From an uncultured archaeon (GTDB taxonomy: Archaea; Iainarchaeota; Iainarchaeia; Iainarchaeales; CSSED10-239): a stretch of 21,949 nucleotides of DNA. The translations under genes were made by a program, and so were the position numbers. The stretch lies in contig CAYXAY010000010.1 in NCBI GenBank assembly GCA_964463155.1, positions 1 to 21,949 of the forward strand. The letters run 5' to 3'. The notes beneath the pieces were generated by a model. The model had not been told where the DNA came from. It was given only the letters and a program-made list of their open reading frames with translations, and ran no database searches. Below, in pieces: positions 21,540 through 21,949 of the stretch. Each line of letters begins with the position of its first letter. Position 1 is the stretch's first letter.

Positions 21540-21909
21540 AAGAATAATAATCGGAATAATTATGGCAATTGTTTTTGTTTCGGGATTAGTTATTGGGTTT
21601 CTAATCTTTTCTGAAAAAAATACAACAGAGATTGCAAATCCGGCGTCTGCTTATTGTAAAAATCTTGGAGGAACATTAAATATTGTATCTTCAAAACAAG
21701 GAGAATATGGAATATGCACATTTGAAGATGGATCTCAATGTGAAGAATGGAAACTTTATAGAAAAGGGTGCTTTAAAGGACAATATCCTCCAACAGGAGG
21801 TAAAGTTTGTACAATGGAATACAAACCTGTTTGTGGAGTTAATGGGGTTACTTATGGGAATGCATGTGCTGCAGACAGTGTTCCAATACTAAAAGAAGGA
21901 GAATGTTAA
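21529..21909 (+). CDS. Membrane-anchored or secreted DUF333-like plus Kazal-like (serine protease inhibitor fold) protein.
   Basis: I prefer the ATG at 21529, with AGGTGA at 21518..21523, over the track's TTG at 21499. It overlaps the preceding gene by 11 nt. Hydrophobic helix IIIGIIMAIVFVSGLVIGFLIF. NPASAYCKNLGGTLNIVSSKQGEYGICTFEDGSQCEEWKLYRKGC matches the DUF333 pattern. CTMEYKPVCGVNGVTYGNAC...GEC (21808..21906) matches the Kazal core C-x7-C-x10-C with PVCG.nG.TY.N.C. Confidence 0.75.
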   Translation: MLNKRIIIGIIMAIVFVSGLVIGFLIFSEKNTTEIANPASAYCKNLGGTLNIVSSKQGEYGICTFEDGSQCEEWKLYRKGCFKGQYPPTGGKVCTMEYKPVCGVNGVTYGNACAADSVPILKEGEC

Positions 21910-21949
21910 TTATATCTTTTATTTTAATGATTCTGTAGAAATCCTTTTA

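Noticed and set aside
21683-21892. 69-aa plus-strand ORF in an alternative frame
   Set aside because: It lies inside the DUF333-Kazal CDS, whose frame shows two recognisable Cys-patterned domains. The alternative frame shows none.

Overview
AT-rich window with nine protein-coding genes and no rRNA, tRNA, CRISPR array, transposase or integrase that I can recognise. About 75% of the bases belong to two very large secreted proteins on the minus strand. The first (639..11267, about 3540 aa) is a C-terminally membrane-anchored surface protein: signal peptide, Ig-like domain, beta-propeller, about 1200 aa of unrecognised aromatic-rich sequence, Ig-like domains, an about 870-aa Asn/Ile/Ser/Thr heptad stalk with six Cys-loop interruptions, CARDB/NEW3-like domains, then a TM helix and RRRKK tail. 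Two tandem paralogous small single-pass membrane proteins follow it; one is cut by the window edge and is absent from the ORF track. The second (12089..17347, 1752 aa) has about 1100 aa of unrecognised sequence followed by three peptidoglycan-active modules: NlpC/P60-like, YkuD L,D-transpeptidase and GH73 glucosaminidase-like. An HhH-GPD (endonuclease III-related) gene lies between them. On the plus strand are two secreted paralogs, each preceded by a near-identical about 180-nt leader, then a membrane-tethered winged-helix regulator and a DUF333-Kazal-like protein. I read the window as a cell-surface or cell-cell interaction island of a small-genome episymbiont. A DPANN-type archaeon is favoured on promoter-like TATA/BRE elements, the membrane-tethered wHTH and the CARDB plus TM-tail anchor. 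A CPR bacterium is not excluded. All domain calls come from motif recognition by eye, not from searches.
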